A stretch of DNA of 63,310 nucleotides, the filler included, from Folioceros fuciformis (lineage: Eukaryota): assembly GCA_049999805.1 (NCBI GenBank). It is 22 parts of 22 records of this genome, joined end to end, with 100 filler letters (N's around TTAATTAATTAA, not from the genome) between each part and the next. Parts side by side here need not be neighbours in the genome. Positions count along the whole stretch, not along the records: positions 10,137 to 12,024 come from JBNGIO010002810.1; positions 12,125 to 21,050 come from JBNGIO010002811.1; positions 21,151 to 26,526 come from JBNGIO010002812.1; 19 more parts are not named here. The stretch is one strand, 5' to 3'. Shown one piece after another: positions 11,667 through 23,471 of this stretch (within the stretch, counting starts at the first letter, position 1; each line of letters begins with the position of its first letter). The position numbers and the translations under genes are program-made. The notes under the pieces were generated by a model, which made no database searches, was not told where the DNA came from, and saw only the letters and a program-made list of their open reading frames with translations.

Positions 11667-12124
11667 CTGAAAATGTGTGAACAAATATATTGATTTAAAA
11701 TAGTTCAAAGTAATTTTTTTGAAGAAAAAGGCAATTACATATAGGATTATACTATGTAGCTTTTAAAAAAAATGAATGTATTGAGATATTGTATTATCAA
11801 AGAGGAATCTGTAAGGTCCACAAAGATTGAATAACTATTATGGGATTAGAATATTGAAGTGCATTATTCTGATCAATTTGTTTAGACTTATTATAGAGCT
11901 AAAACTCAAACAGGAAAATGAATCAATACATTTATTAGTAATTAAACTAAAAGGTGAGGAGGGTGGAGGTAAGAAGGAGAGAGACTTTGGCTTAGCATCC
12001 AAGATGGGGTGGAGCAACTCGCACNNNNNNNNNNNNNNNNNNNNNNNNNNNNNNNNNNNNNNNNNNNNTTAATTAATTAANNNNNNNNNNNNNNNNNNNN
12101 NNNNNNNNNNNNNNNNNNNNNNNN

Positions 12125-12695
12125 GTGGATCCAAAAGAAGAAGCGGGACAAAGAGATGGAGAGGGAAGGGGGAGAAGAGGAAAATGGAGGAAGGGAGGGA
12201 GGAAGAGAGGAAGAAAGGGATGGGAGCGGCCGCAGCCCCTACCCTAGCTAGGGCACGGCCTCCATGGCCGTTTAAGCCAGCCAGACAATCAGCCAACCTG
12301 ACATTGGACCCTGACATACCCCAGATTCCCGTTCCTATGTTCGAACCATTGTTTTATTATTTAACATTATTCTATTATTATTTAATCATTTAATACTATA
12401 TATCTTTAATTAGTAATAAACCAATCACCAAACCTAGATTCAAACTTTTCCGACCCTATGGTCTGGTACCAGACCTAAACTTTCCCAGGTCTGGGACCAA
12501 ACCTATACCCACTCTAGTAACCAAACCAACTAGTTCTTGGTCAATTAACCTATTTAGCACAAAGAAAAATAGGAAAAATAACCAGAAAATAAAAGAAAAT
12601 TAGGGTAAATAAGTAGAAAAAGAAAACCAAACCATACCAGTATTCACCCTTTTTCAACCAAAACAAACCACTACCCCAAACTTTGGAGGTTCACA
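12125..12695 (+). mobile_element. LTR 3' end (family E), ending GGAGGTTCACA
   Basis: 12463-12695 is near-identical to 50694-50926, and the homology stops exactly at TTCACA in both copies. Confidence 0.7.
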
Positions 12696-12739
12696 ATACT
12701 CCATGTCCTGCATGCAACGATTTGTTGAAAGAGGTTATA

Positions 12740-14850
12740 GGGGTCAAGTGTCACTTTGTTTAAGCACACAAGGACTTTGATCGGACCATTTGGGAGCTAC
12801 AAGTCATGGGTGCTTCTTCCATTTCTGCTACTCCTTCAACTTCTCCTCCAAGTGGGCCCCTTGCTCCCTTGCAGGAATCTTGGTTGTGGCTCGAGACATA
12901 GGCTCCCCATCTTCAGGCCCTTTATGAGACCCCCCTTCTGGAATCACATCTGTTTCGACGTCTCCCTAGGCGTTTGCATGACGATGTTCGTCTTGCATTC
13001 AATCTACCATTGGAGCGCCTTGCTTCAAACCCCCAGGACGAGCCATGGACATTGTTCCTCTTTCTTCCCAGGTGGTGCCTTCGTTGTTCCAGGGGCGGCC
13101 TTTATGATCACAGGGAAGTAGCCTCCCACCTTCGTCGATTCCGAGCGGGGGATTGGGAGGCTTTACAGGTGGAGGCCGGCTGTACCGCGAGATCAAGGTT
13201 GGAGTCCGCCAAGTTGGACCAAAATCCTGCGAAGGTGCATCTCAAGAGGTGTCTCTTACTTGATCAAGCCGAAGAGTTAGCTAGAGCCACCAGGGCCCTT
13301 CGGCTAGAGCCGATGGCGTTGCCCCCGAAGGAGACCCGCCCTCCGTGCTTTGGAGAAACCACCTTCGAGACTACTTTGCTCTGGAGGACCCTTCTAGTGG
13401 CTTCTCTGAGCTTTTTTCCTTAGCGGCTGCTGTGGCGCGAGGCAAGACTCCACCTCGGATTGCTCTGGTTTTGGGTGTCAGCAAGTTGCTGGCTTTGGAG
13501 AAACCCACCCCGGGAGTGCACCCCATCGCGGTGGGCGAGGCGTTCTTGAGGCTCATTAGTCACAGCATTGCTCTCCAGCTCAGAGAGCAGCTTCAAGCCC
13601 ACTTCAGCCCCCTACAATTCGAGATTGCTACCTTCGAGGGCTGTGAGGCAGTGGCCTTCGAGGTTAGATCGATCTTGGACCTACATCCAAGTTGGGTTGC
13701 CTTGTAGGTTGACGTGGAGAATGCCTTCAACACCGTCTCTAGGGTGGCTATTTTCAATGAGCTGAAGGTTGCTGGAGGTTGTTTGGAGTCTCTTATCCCC
13801 TTTGTCCGTTCCTTCTATGGTGCCCCGTTTAATCTATACTTTGAACACGGGCCCACGGTAGAGGAGGTCTCAGTGCTCGACTCGACGACAGGTTTGCGTT
13901 AGGGGGATCCCCTATGAGGGGATCTCTTTACTATGGCTCACTTTAGAGCCCTTTCAATTACCACTTCTAAGATAGGGGGTTGTCTCTTCCCATATGTGGC
14001 CGATGACACCCATCTCCTGGGTCCAAAGGGTAAGGTTAAGGAAGCCTTCAAGCTTTTCTCAAAGGAGCTCTTACGATTGGGCTTAAAAGTCAAGATTTCC
14101 AAGTGTAAGATTTGGTCTCTATCTAGTATCACTCCATCTCTACAATTTCTTGAGGGGAACATCGATTCTCCATTGGGGATCCGTGTCATGGGGATCCCTG
14201 TTGGCCCCCCCCCTGACTTTATTCGCTATGGATGTAGCTTTGACGAAGGATTTGGCGCACATTGAGGACCTTCATCAACTTGGGGACCCATAGGTGGCCT
14301 ACGACACCTCTCCACTTGCTTCGCGCGATGCCCCAGGTACCTAATCTGTATAGTGCCTCCATCCTTAGATTTTCTTTCCAAACTGAGGGACTTCGACAAG
14401 CAGGTATTAAACAAATTAGGGGACACTGTTGGCTCGGGTTCATTCAATTCTACTACAGGTGATTTGGCTAGGAGACAGGCATCCCTACCCATTGCTTCGG
14501 GTGGCATTAGGCTACTGGCCATGGAGGCCTTGGCACCGGCTGCTTTTCTTGGTAGTTGGGCACTCTCTGCCCCAGCTTTGGTGACTCGCTTCTCCATCAG
14601 AAACTTGGGCATTTTGGAGGGGTTTGTCACAGGAGTTGATGTGGAGCCATTCTCCCTCTAGGAGTCCCTCAAGAGGGCTCGGCATCTCTTATCCTCACAA
14701 CCTCGATTGGTCATGCCTTCTTTTTCCTCCTTCCCTTTGTGGGCGTATGAAGGGGCTTCAGGTCACCCTCATGGAAAAGAATTATGGGCAAGAGCTACAT
14801 GCCCTCATGCTAGATTCCTTCATTGACAAGCAAGCCCGGGCATAACTTCG
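12740..14850 (+). mobile_element. Decayed non-LTR retrotransposon, CRE-like reverse transcriptase
   Basis: LLALEKP..GVHPIAVGE..RLIS, VDVENAFNTVSR, TGLR*GDPL, YVADDTHL and ARRQASLPIASGG motifs, with several stops and frameshifts. Confidence 0.85.
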
Positions 14851-15122
14851 TTCAACTTGTTCAACTTTCTAATAGCTGCAACATACGTTTGTCTCCCATC
14901 ACCTCTGCAAATGGGCCACACAAAAGACCAGAAATCAAGAACTTCTATCAGCAATATCACCTATGGAGCAAGAGTGTATGCAGGGACCAAGATGTCTTTC
15001 AGGGCACCCAGTGTATGTGCCTCTTTGTGCCGCAAGCTCTTTGAAAAACAAGCAAACTTTTGATCAATTTGGTCATGAGTCTGGCCTACTAGAAGGAACT
15101 ACCCTGCTTTGATCTTCTCAAA

Positions 15123-18100
15123 TGTTCCCATTTCCACTAACATATTCAAATATCCAAATAACAATTGGTTCTTATTTTTCAATAATAAAATGATGAATAA
15201 TAATTATGTTCACAAAGAGTTGTCCTTAAATACTAAACACTAAGTGTTACTTATGAATAACCCTTCTATATATACATCTAACCCTAACCTAATTAACTAG
15301 GTAACTAGTACTCGTGGTTACAATTAACCCTGAGGTCTAACACACCCCCTTAATCATGGAACGTTGGTTAGCCTAAGAACATAGACAGGAGAATGTGATG
15401 GTAGGCTCACTGCTGTCGGTGGTAAATCTGTGCACACTGGCGATCGCAGCCTTCATGTTGATCTGTTAGTAGAAAGAGGAGCAGGAGAAACAAGCCAGGA
15501 GAGGACGAAGATCACCAGCAGCACGTGATCATGGAAATGGGTTATTCTACGCGACACAGCAACAAATCGAGATGGCAGGCTGGGAAGCAAAGCTGTTAGT
15601 GGCAGTGGCGATGAGGCTAGTGAAGAGGCAAGCCTGTGTCCCGGAGGATCAGCTGAGGTAGCTGAAAAAACCAATTGGAGAAAGCTACCAAAGTTCCACT
15701 GTCAAGGTAGATTGAAGTTGGGTGCTAGACGATTAGTTAGGCAAAGGAGCTTCATCCGTCCAGCACCTGGAGCATCCACCTGTAAGTGTCAAGGCAAGTA
15801 GGGAGAGTACTCTACCAGGCCCAGTGCTTCCATTTGAGAAACATGCTTACTAGTCAGTAAGTTCTTTGTAAGCACGTCAGCTGTATTAAGCTCTGTTGAT
15901 TTGTGCTGAATTTTGATCACCTTGCGCTTAAAGGAATGTCTGACGTAGTGATGGTGAATTTCTATGTGTTTAGTGCGCGCATGAAAATGCGGATTCCCAA
16001 CCAAAACGATTGTAGACATGTTGACGCAGAAAATAGTTGTGGGAAGTGCCTGGGGAAAGTCCAAGCCAACTAGAAAAGTGCGCTCCCATTCAGCCTCCTT
16101 GGCTGAATCCATGAGAGCTTTGTATTCAGCCTCCGTGGATGAAAGGGCCATGGAAGTCTGTTTCTTAGAACTCCAGTTGACAGCTGCACCAGATAGCACA
16201 AAGCAATACGCAAAGATGCTCTTGCATTGATCTAGGTTAGTAGCCCAATCAGCATCAGCGTATCCCTCAAGAGTCATGGCATTTTCAATGCCCTGGAAGC
16301 ATAGTCCATGCGTAGACATGCCTTTGAGGTATCGAAGGATCCTTTTACCTGCCATCCAGTGTTCGGGGCCTGGATTCTCAAGGTATTGAGAAATTGCACT
16401 AACAGAGTGCTGAATGTCAGGCCTTGTTCAGCAGCTAATGTAATTGAGACAACCCACAGCGTGCCGGTAAGGGATCTGGCTCATAGCTTCACATTCATAG
16501 TCATCTTGTGGACTCTGTTGAGCAGAGAGTTTAACCCCAACGCTTCTTGGTGTGCTCACAAGTTTAGCATCCTGCAAATTGAAGTGTCAAAGAGTTTCGT
16601 CCATGTACTTGGTCTAGTGCACGACAAGTGCTCTGTTGGGTCTATCTCTTAGCAGCTGAAAGCCAAGGACAAAGGTAATTTGTCCAATGTCTTTCATGTC
16701 ATACTCCTTGTGCAACATACCCTTCACCCAATCCAGTAGCTCTTTGTTGTTGGATGCCAGTATAGCATGATCAACATAAAGTGAAAAAATGACCAAGTAA
16801 CCTCCTTTGGAAAATATGTATATGTTGGCATCAGCTGAGTTCTAAATGAAGCCTATCGACTTGAGGTATTTGTCTATACATTTGTACCATTCACGAGCAC
16901 TTTGGTTCAAGCCGTATAAAGTTTTGTTGAGCCTGCAAACCTAATCTAGATGTTTAGGATCCAGGAAACCCTCAGGTTGATCCATGTATATGTCTTCTTC
17001 AAGCTCTCCATATAGAAAAGCGGTGGAGACGTCCATTTGTTCAAGATCCTAGTCTCGGGCAGTTGCTAGGGCTAACATCATTCTGATTGACTGTGTCTTG
17101 ACAACAAGGCGAAACGTCTCGTTGAAGTCTGCATCTGCGACTTGGGAGAAACCCCGAGCAACCAAACGTGACTGTATCGTGCTATTTCTCCCTGAGCATT
17201 CAGCTTGTGTTTAAATACCCACTTGCAGCTAACCATCTTCCTCCCATCAGGTAAAGGACAAAGCTTCCATGTCCCATTCTTAATCAGCGAATTGTATTCA
17301 TCCTGAATTGAAGGAAGCCAATGATGTTTATCCTGACTAGTTATTGCCTCCTAATATGTACAAGGTTTTGCTAGGTGGATGCTGCTGGTGGAAAGAACTT
17401 CACAAAGTCAAGCACATTGAGGAATCCTGAAATCCTCAAATTCATAGGGCCTTGTGTACCAATTTTCCCTTGATGGACGAGATCTGCTGGGATACCTGTG
17501 CTCTTCAGCAATTGGTTCAGGTTTTGGAGCTGGTTCCTCAGCGGCCTCTAGCTCATTCTGCAACTAGTTGCTTAGCGGGGTCCAGCTCGTCAGCAAGTCG
17601 CACAACAGCATCTTCAGTTTCAAAAGGTGCAGATGGTGTATCTGCATGTCGGCTGTCATTGAGCTCATGTTCCACAATGAGCGGAGAGTTCACCACCGTA
17701 GCATCCGGTATAAGGGTTTCAGAAACATCACCCTAGTTCATGTCATCCATACCCTATCCAAGTGCTGCAGGCAACGGATGTGGTGCATGTGCAGGCACAA
17801 GGATAGACTGTGCTGACGATTGGGCTGCATTTTCACCCCTTGAACCGGTAGCGTGTTGATCAAAACGAGAAGCAAGAGGCGGTTCATATGCAGCATCCTA
17901 AGGGTACTCAGAAGGGGATTCATCAAAATCATTAGTGTCCAAGGGAGAGGATGCTGAAGAAGTGGTAGTGAAAGAAGCAGGAGCCTGCAGTTCCTTGAAG
18001 GTGACACTACGAGCAAATATTGAAGACCTAGAGTGAGGATCATAGAGCTTATAGGCTTTGGTCTCCTCACCATAACCAACAAAGACAAGAGGTCAAGCCC

Positions 18101-18665
18101 TATCCTGAAGCTTCCTGCGCTATTCTTCATGAATATAAGCATAGGCAGGAGAGCCAAATACTCGAAGGTGAAGCAAACTAGGTTTGAGTTTCCAGATCAT
18201 CTCAAAAGGAGCCCGATCGGGAACTGCCGACGTGAGTAGCCGATTGAGAATATAGGTGGCAGTGACGATTGCCTCTGCCCAGTAAGCTTTACTGAGCCCT
18301 GACTAGGCCAACATACTCCGAGTCATGCTGAGGAGTGTCTGATTGCGTTGTTCTGCTACCCCGTTTTGTTGGTGGGTATATGGAACACTAAGCTGGCGGA
18401 TAACACCCTGAGCTGCAAGATACTCATAAAAAACGGTATTCACAAACTCTGTGCCATTATCATATCTTAAGCAGCGAAGGTGAGTCCCAGTCTGCCTTTG
18501 TATCATCGTAAGCCACTCTTGGAATAGCAAGAAAGTGTCTGATTTTCGCTTGAGTGGGTATGTCCAGGAATACCAACTAAAATCGTCGGTAAGTGTGAGG
18601 TAGTAAAGAGAACCTCCCAAGGACTGAACATGAATCTTCCCAGAGATGTCTGTATATACAAGGTC
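15123..18665 (-). mobile_element. Ty1/Copia element 3' part: integrase, RT, RNase H, PPT (15343-15352) and 3' LTR starting at 15342 (left end approximate)
   Basis: TDDFSWYSW, QQNGVAE, SLYVD, GYADADWA, SSTEAEY and HARTKHIEI motifs. AAGGGGGTG|TGTTAG PPT/LTR junction. Confidence 0.9.
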
Positions 18666-19260
18666 TGATGAGAATAGGGTGTTAATACATTAGGTTTCGT
18701 TTGGTGAATGCATTCATAGCTACTATAAGTCTAGGTGCCCGCTCATTTGGGTTGCGTCCTTTATGAAAGGGTGTGTCTATTCACCCTACCTAGCTTAAGT
18801 TCAGTTATTTGTCTATGCTGTATATAATTATTGTTTAATCAATGTAATAATGTAATTGTTTTATAGCAATTGGTCTACACCAATTTCCATATTTTCTCAT
18901 GGTATCAGAGCAAGGTTTAGGGGTAGATTACACTTGTGATAATGCACATTAAAATCTGCACATTCTGATGTGCAGGACAATGTATTTTGTTTATATTTTT
19001 TATTGTTGTTTTCTTTTAAAGAAACTATTTTAAAACATACTTCAAGAAATAGGTTTATAGCTTTCTTGATTTTATATTTAGAAGATTTGCACTTCTAGTA
19101 GGTTGTTCTAGTGTATCCATTGTCAGATTGCACTCTAGCAATATGGCACTAGGCACGCTAGAACAACTGCCAGAATTGGCAAATATTTAATTATAGAATC
19201 ATTCACAAAGTTACAAATGTTTCTTGAAAAATAACAAAATACAAAAGCTTGGCCAAATGA

Positions 19261-19968
19261 ATGGCCAATTTAGTGGACGGGCAGAAATGGCGGCCACGCC
19301 CTGCTGAGCGCATCCAACAGAGGAATGCCCACAGAGTACAACGAATTCAAGAGGGCAGGCTGACGTTTGCAGAATCACTTCACCATCAAACCCTGGATTG
19401 GATTCTTCAAACACAAGACCAGCTTGAACAATCCCGGCTTGTGAGAGATTCCTTCAATAATTTGCTTGAGGCTATCTTCCCACAACAGCGCCATTTGTTG
19501 CTTCCTCCACCACCCAGGAATCAAATTAATCTTCCACCCATTGTAAACGGTAACCCTAGGGGTTTCCTGACAACACACACATCACCACATGTTAGTGTGT
19601 CACAATTAAATGCAAGAATAGAAACACTTCAACAGCATGTTGACGAGTGTTTCCAGAGCATTCGTCATAAGATAGCTGAAGTCAGTGTTGACTTGCAAGA
19701 TTTGAAGGAACGTATAGGACATTTGGACTTCAAGTTGCTTACCTTGCTTAACCCCGTTTTGCTAACACATCCTGCACTCAGAGGTGTTGCTTGCAAACGT
19801 GCTAACAAGAATTATAAGCAACACACTTTTGACGCTCCAAATTCTTGTCCTTCATGCTCTGTTTATGCATTTAACAGATGGGAGATTAGACATCAAAGGA
19901 TAGAAAATAGATTAGCAAATCAACAGGCCAATTTACCTCAAGTTGGTAGATTTGCTCACCCCTTGTAG
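19261..19968 (+). CDS. Extra 235-aa ORF upstream of Copia gag (predicted coiled coil plus CxxC), function unknown
   Basis: Intact ATG-to-TAG ORF, also intact in the second copy (12 aa differences). Heptad-like IETLQQHVD...LQDLKERIGHLD and CPSC. Confidence 0.75.
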   Translation: MANLVDGQKWRPRPAERIQQRNAHRVQRIQEGRLTFAESLHHQTLDWILQTQDQLEQSRLVRDSFNNLLEAIFPQQRHLLLPPPPRNQINLPPIVNGNPRGFLTTHTSPHVSVSQLNARIETLQQHVDECFQSIRHKIAEVSVDLQDLKERIGHLDFKLLTLLNPVLLTHPALRGVACKRANKNYKQHTFDAPNSCPSCSVYAFNRWEIRHQRIENRLANQQANLPQVGRFAHPL

Positions 19969-20121
19969 ATAGGGCTGCTCTTGCAGTTTATCTAAGATGC
20001 AACAGTAGCATCTTACCTCTTCCTAGTCTTTCTCTTCAGTTTGTACCTTGTCTGGATAGGCTACAAAGCTGCATACAGCCATTTCTCCTACAGTTAGGAT
20101 AGAATTACTACATTCTAATAA

Positions 20122-21050
20122 ATGGCAGACACCACTACTGTAGTTGGTGATATTTTTAAGGAGAAAGATAGATTTGGGGGGACTGACTATGACATCTGGG
20201 TCATTCGTATGAAAGGAGCTTTACAAAGTAAGAAGCTATGGAAGATAGCAACAGGAAATGAATCACTCCCAACACCTACTGCATCTTCTGAATCTTCTCC
20301 TTCTTCTGCTGAAAAAAAGATACCAAGAAGCTCGGTATACAAAGGATGAAGCTGCAATGCACCTGTTGAGAAGTGGACTAACCTCTGACATGCTGCGACA
20401 GACTTCTGGCTGCAATACATCTTTTGAGATATGGACCAGATTACATGAGCTGTACGCAGGTGTTAATACCACAAGTCAGATGATAGCCCTTCGCAACATT
20501 TAAAATTGCAAAATGAGAGAAGGGGAGACAGTTGAAAAACATGTTGGGCATTTTAGATCACTTGTTTCTAAGTTAGAAAGTGCTTCACAGGAGGCTCTAT
20601 TTGATGAGCTGCTTACCTTGTATTTCATGATGTCTCTCCCTGACTCATGGTCACACTTTGTGACACCTTACAATGCTTCTCAGCTACAGGCTTCAAAGAT
20701 AGCTAAGGCTGCAGGTGTCACAATACCACAGACAACATTTTTTGAGTTAGTGGGAGCTCTTCTTCAGGAAGAAGCTACAAGAGGACAAAACAGGCGTGCT
20801 GGCAAGCAGCAGGATCTTTACACCACAAATAAAAACAAGGGCGCGAGGCCCAACTTCAAAGGTAAACAGAATACCTTTCAAGGTGCTGGTGCCTCACGGC
20901 GAGGGACAACACAGAAGAAACCCAAGAAGTCTGGAAAATGCCACTGGTGCTAGATTCTAAGACATTGGGAAAATGAATGTCGAAAGAAGCAGGCCGGAGT
21001 ACCTCGCAAGGAGGGCAACTCTACTTCTGAGACACATGTTGTGGTGAAAA
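20122..21050 (+). pseudogene. Copia gag with a frameshift and stops
   Basis: An extra A at ~20318 relative to the 54755 copy, and stops at ~20501 and ~20951. CCHC knuckle CHWC..GH....C. Confidence 0.9.
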
Positions 21051-21150
21051 NNNNNNNNNNNNNNNNNNNNNNNNNNNNNNNNNNNNNNNNNNNNTTAATT
21101 AATTAANNNNNNNNNNNNNNNNNNNNNNNNNNNNNNNNNNNNNNNNNNNN

Positions 21151-23471
21151 GAGTGTGTACTGCTTCAACTCCATTCTGCAATGACTCAACTTGATCTTGT
21201 ATCACGTCGAGGAGAGGTTAGGAAAAAAGATTGATTAATCTTTTTTATAATAAAATAATTTCATCCTTTTGTGTGAAACCCAGTATGAGAATTTGATAAC
21301 TTTTTACCAGGAATTGCAATTGAAACAAGCTATGATAGAGGAGAACCAAGTGAAAACGTCTGGAGACATGGCTTCTGAGATGGTTAACCATGTAACAAAA
21401 TTGTCACACCATATGAAACAGTTAGAAAATGTATTGGATAATGATAGTAATATGATGGGACAAGCTAGCAAGTTTTTTCCAACAGCAGCAAGGTGTGCAT
21501 ATAACTATCATGAAGAAAAGAAGGAGGAACCTGAGATTGAGAACTCCGAGAATCTATTTATCTCTTCATTCCCAAAAGATGTATACATGAATGATGTACA
21601 TGCAGCGGCTGAAATTCAAAGGAATCAAATTGTTGGGTTCATGAAAAACTATGGGGTTTATGGGCAGGACTCTTTAGGCATAGAGAGTCAGTTTAGACCT
21701 TTGGATAGGAATAGCTCTAATTCAAATAGCTTTGGCCATGAAGTACATGTACCTTGGTCCAAAGACAAAGGTACATTGGCTTCACCATCCAAATGGAAGC
21801 CATGCTACATGCAAAATGGCCCGCAAAATTTACATGCAAGGCGCAAGGATTGGGGCCATTGGAAGAGATGGGTAGCTTGGAAATGGAGATGGGCTGCTGC
21901 TGCAGCTAGAGCAGATCAACTAGTGAAACAGTTGTCAAGTTGGAATGTGTTGAAGAAACACCTACAAACAGAAAGTGAACAATACAATCTTAGAATGAGA
22001 AAGCAACATTCTAAACTATCAGACAAACCTTATCATGCTCAAAACATTGAAAGGGAGCAAAACTTGGTAAAAATAGTGGAGTCTGCATGGAACACTTTTG
22101 CTAAGGATGCCAAGATTGATCCCGACTCTAATGTGTTGAAATCCACCTCCAATAAGTTATTAGCTTCCTTGCCTTGGTGGATTCGTAGAGTTGGTGATAG
22201 GAAAAGGATGGAACGTTGTTTTCTCCATTGGCGGCGACTTACTCGCAAGAGAATGAGAGAAAAGAAAAATTTGTCCATCAAAAATGGATGTACCAAAATG
22301 GTCAAAGTAGAGCCTACTTATAACGATCCTAAGGATCCTTATGTTCCATATTATGTGAAGGTTGGTAATGCTGAAGCTTTAGTTGCATTGAAGCAAATGA
22401 CAAAACCCTACCAAGTGCTCAAGTTTTATCAAAAGGGTGGACCTCCGAACCAGCTGCACTATGGAAAGCTTCCTAATATGCATATCACTTCTAGAATGGG
22501 AAAGGATTCAGAGCTACTCTATGGACCGAGTAGGGTGGCAAGAAGTGATATCGTATCAATGCATGGCCTTTGTCCCACATTTACATCTAGAGCTTTGCGA
22601 ATGCTTCAGGTTAGCAGAGAGTTCCACAGTAACTGACAATACTCGTTGAATAGTTTCCACATGAGTCGTGTTATGATAATCATTCCTAATTGCTCGCAAA
22701 CCCATTTGCAGACATCTTTGCAACAAGAGCTTGAAAAATTTGAAAGCATGCTGCAAAATGAAATCAAGGCCCTTCAAAATCATGTAGCGATACAGATATC
22801 TTTCAACAAAATGACCACATGTCTCAATAAGTTTATGGTCACATATCTTTTCTCTTGCATGCTTCTATCACATGATTTGAGTTCCTTTTGTTGTCTTGGT
22901 GCAGATAAGAATGGAGGAAGCTATGAGCAGTTATACTGGTGGCAAAAATGAGTGGCATGTATTCCGGGGTAGTATAGATAGGAGGGGTTGTATTAAAAAT
23001 TATTTAAACTCTCTTTGGCATGTAAGCAATATTTTAGATTTAGCATTAAACAAAGCTAAGAAGCAACTGATGAACAGGGGGAAACGAGTAGATCAATTAA
23101 GCTTAAGGGCATCTTTTCCTTCAGCTTTTGTTTCACCTTGCCAGAATGGTTGGAAGAGAAAGGTTGGGGCCAAGAGTTGCGTGGCCCAATTTTCCAAAAC
23201 CTCTGGGCTTAGGACAGAGCCTATCTCGAGTTGCGTATGTTGTGCAGAACACCAACCCAACAATGTTTGTCTATGGAATAAGAGTAGGATCACAAAAGAT
23301 CGTGATTTTGTTGGATCGCGCTATGCTGCACTACTGAAATCTGAATTATCTCAAACTCATGATAAACAAGATGACCCATTGATTGAGGTTGATAATTTTG
23401 GGGATGTACTTCCTAAAAGGGCACCTTCCGCTGCCTTATATAAAAGAAAACCTTTCTGGAAATTTCATTGA
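21151..23471 (+). CDS. Host gene of unknown function, 5'-truncated; exons 21151-21216, 21311-22609, 22712-22783, 22905-23471 (~667 aa)
   Basis: Three phase-0 GT-AG introns join four open frames without stops. Coiled-coil-like and Trp/Arg-rich segments; no transposon motifs seen. Confidence 0.75.

Larger units (their letters stand above)
18666..21050 (+). mobile_element. Ty1/Copia 5' part: 234-bp LTR (18666-18899), PBS (18900-18911), extra ORF and gag; nested in another Copia
   Basis: TG...CA LTR followed by TGGTATCAGAGC. Gag reads DRFGGTDYDIW...KMREGETVEKH...CHWC. A second copy lies at 53299. Confidence 0.92.

Noticed and set aside
18665-18705. CTGATGAG at the LTR start (also at 53298), suggesting a hammerhead ribozyme
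   Set aside because: The required GAAA core is on the opposite strand (GTTTCG on +) and no stem II is evident. It is simply the LTR TG terminus.
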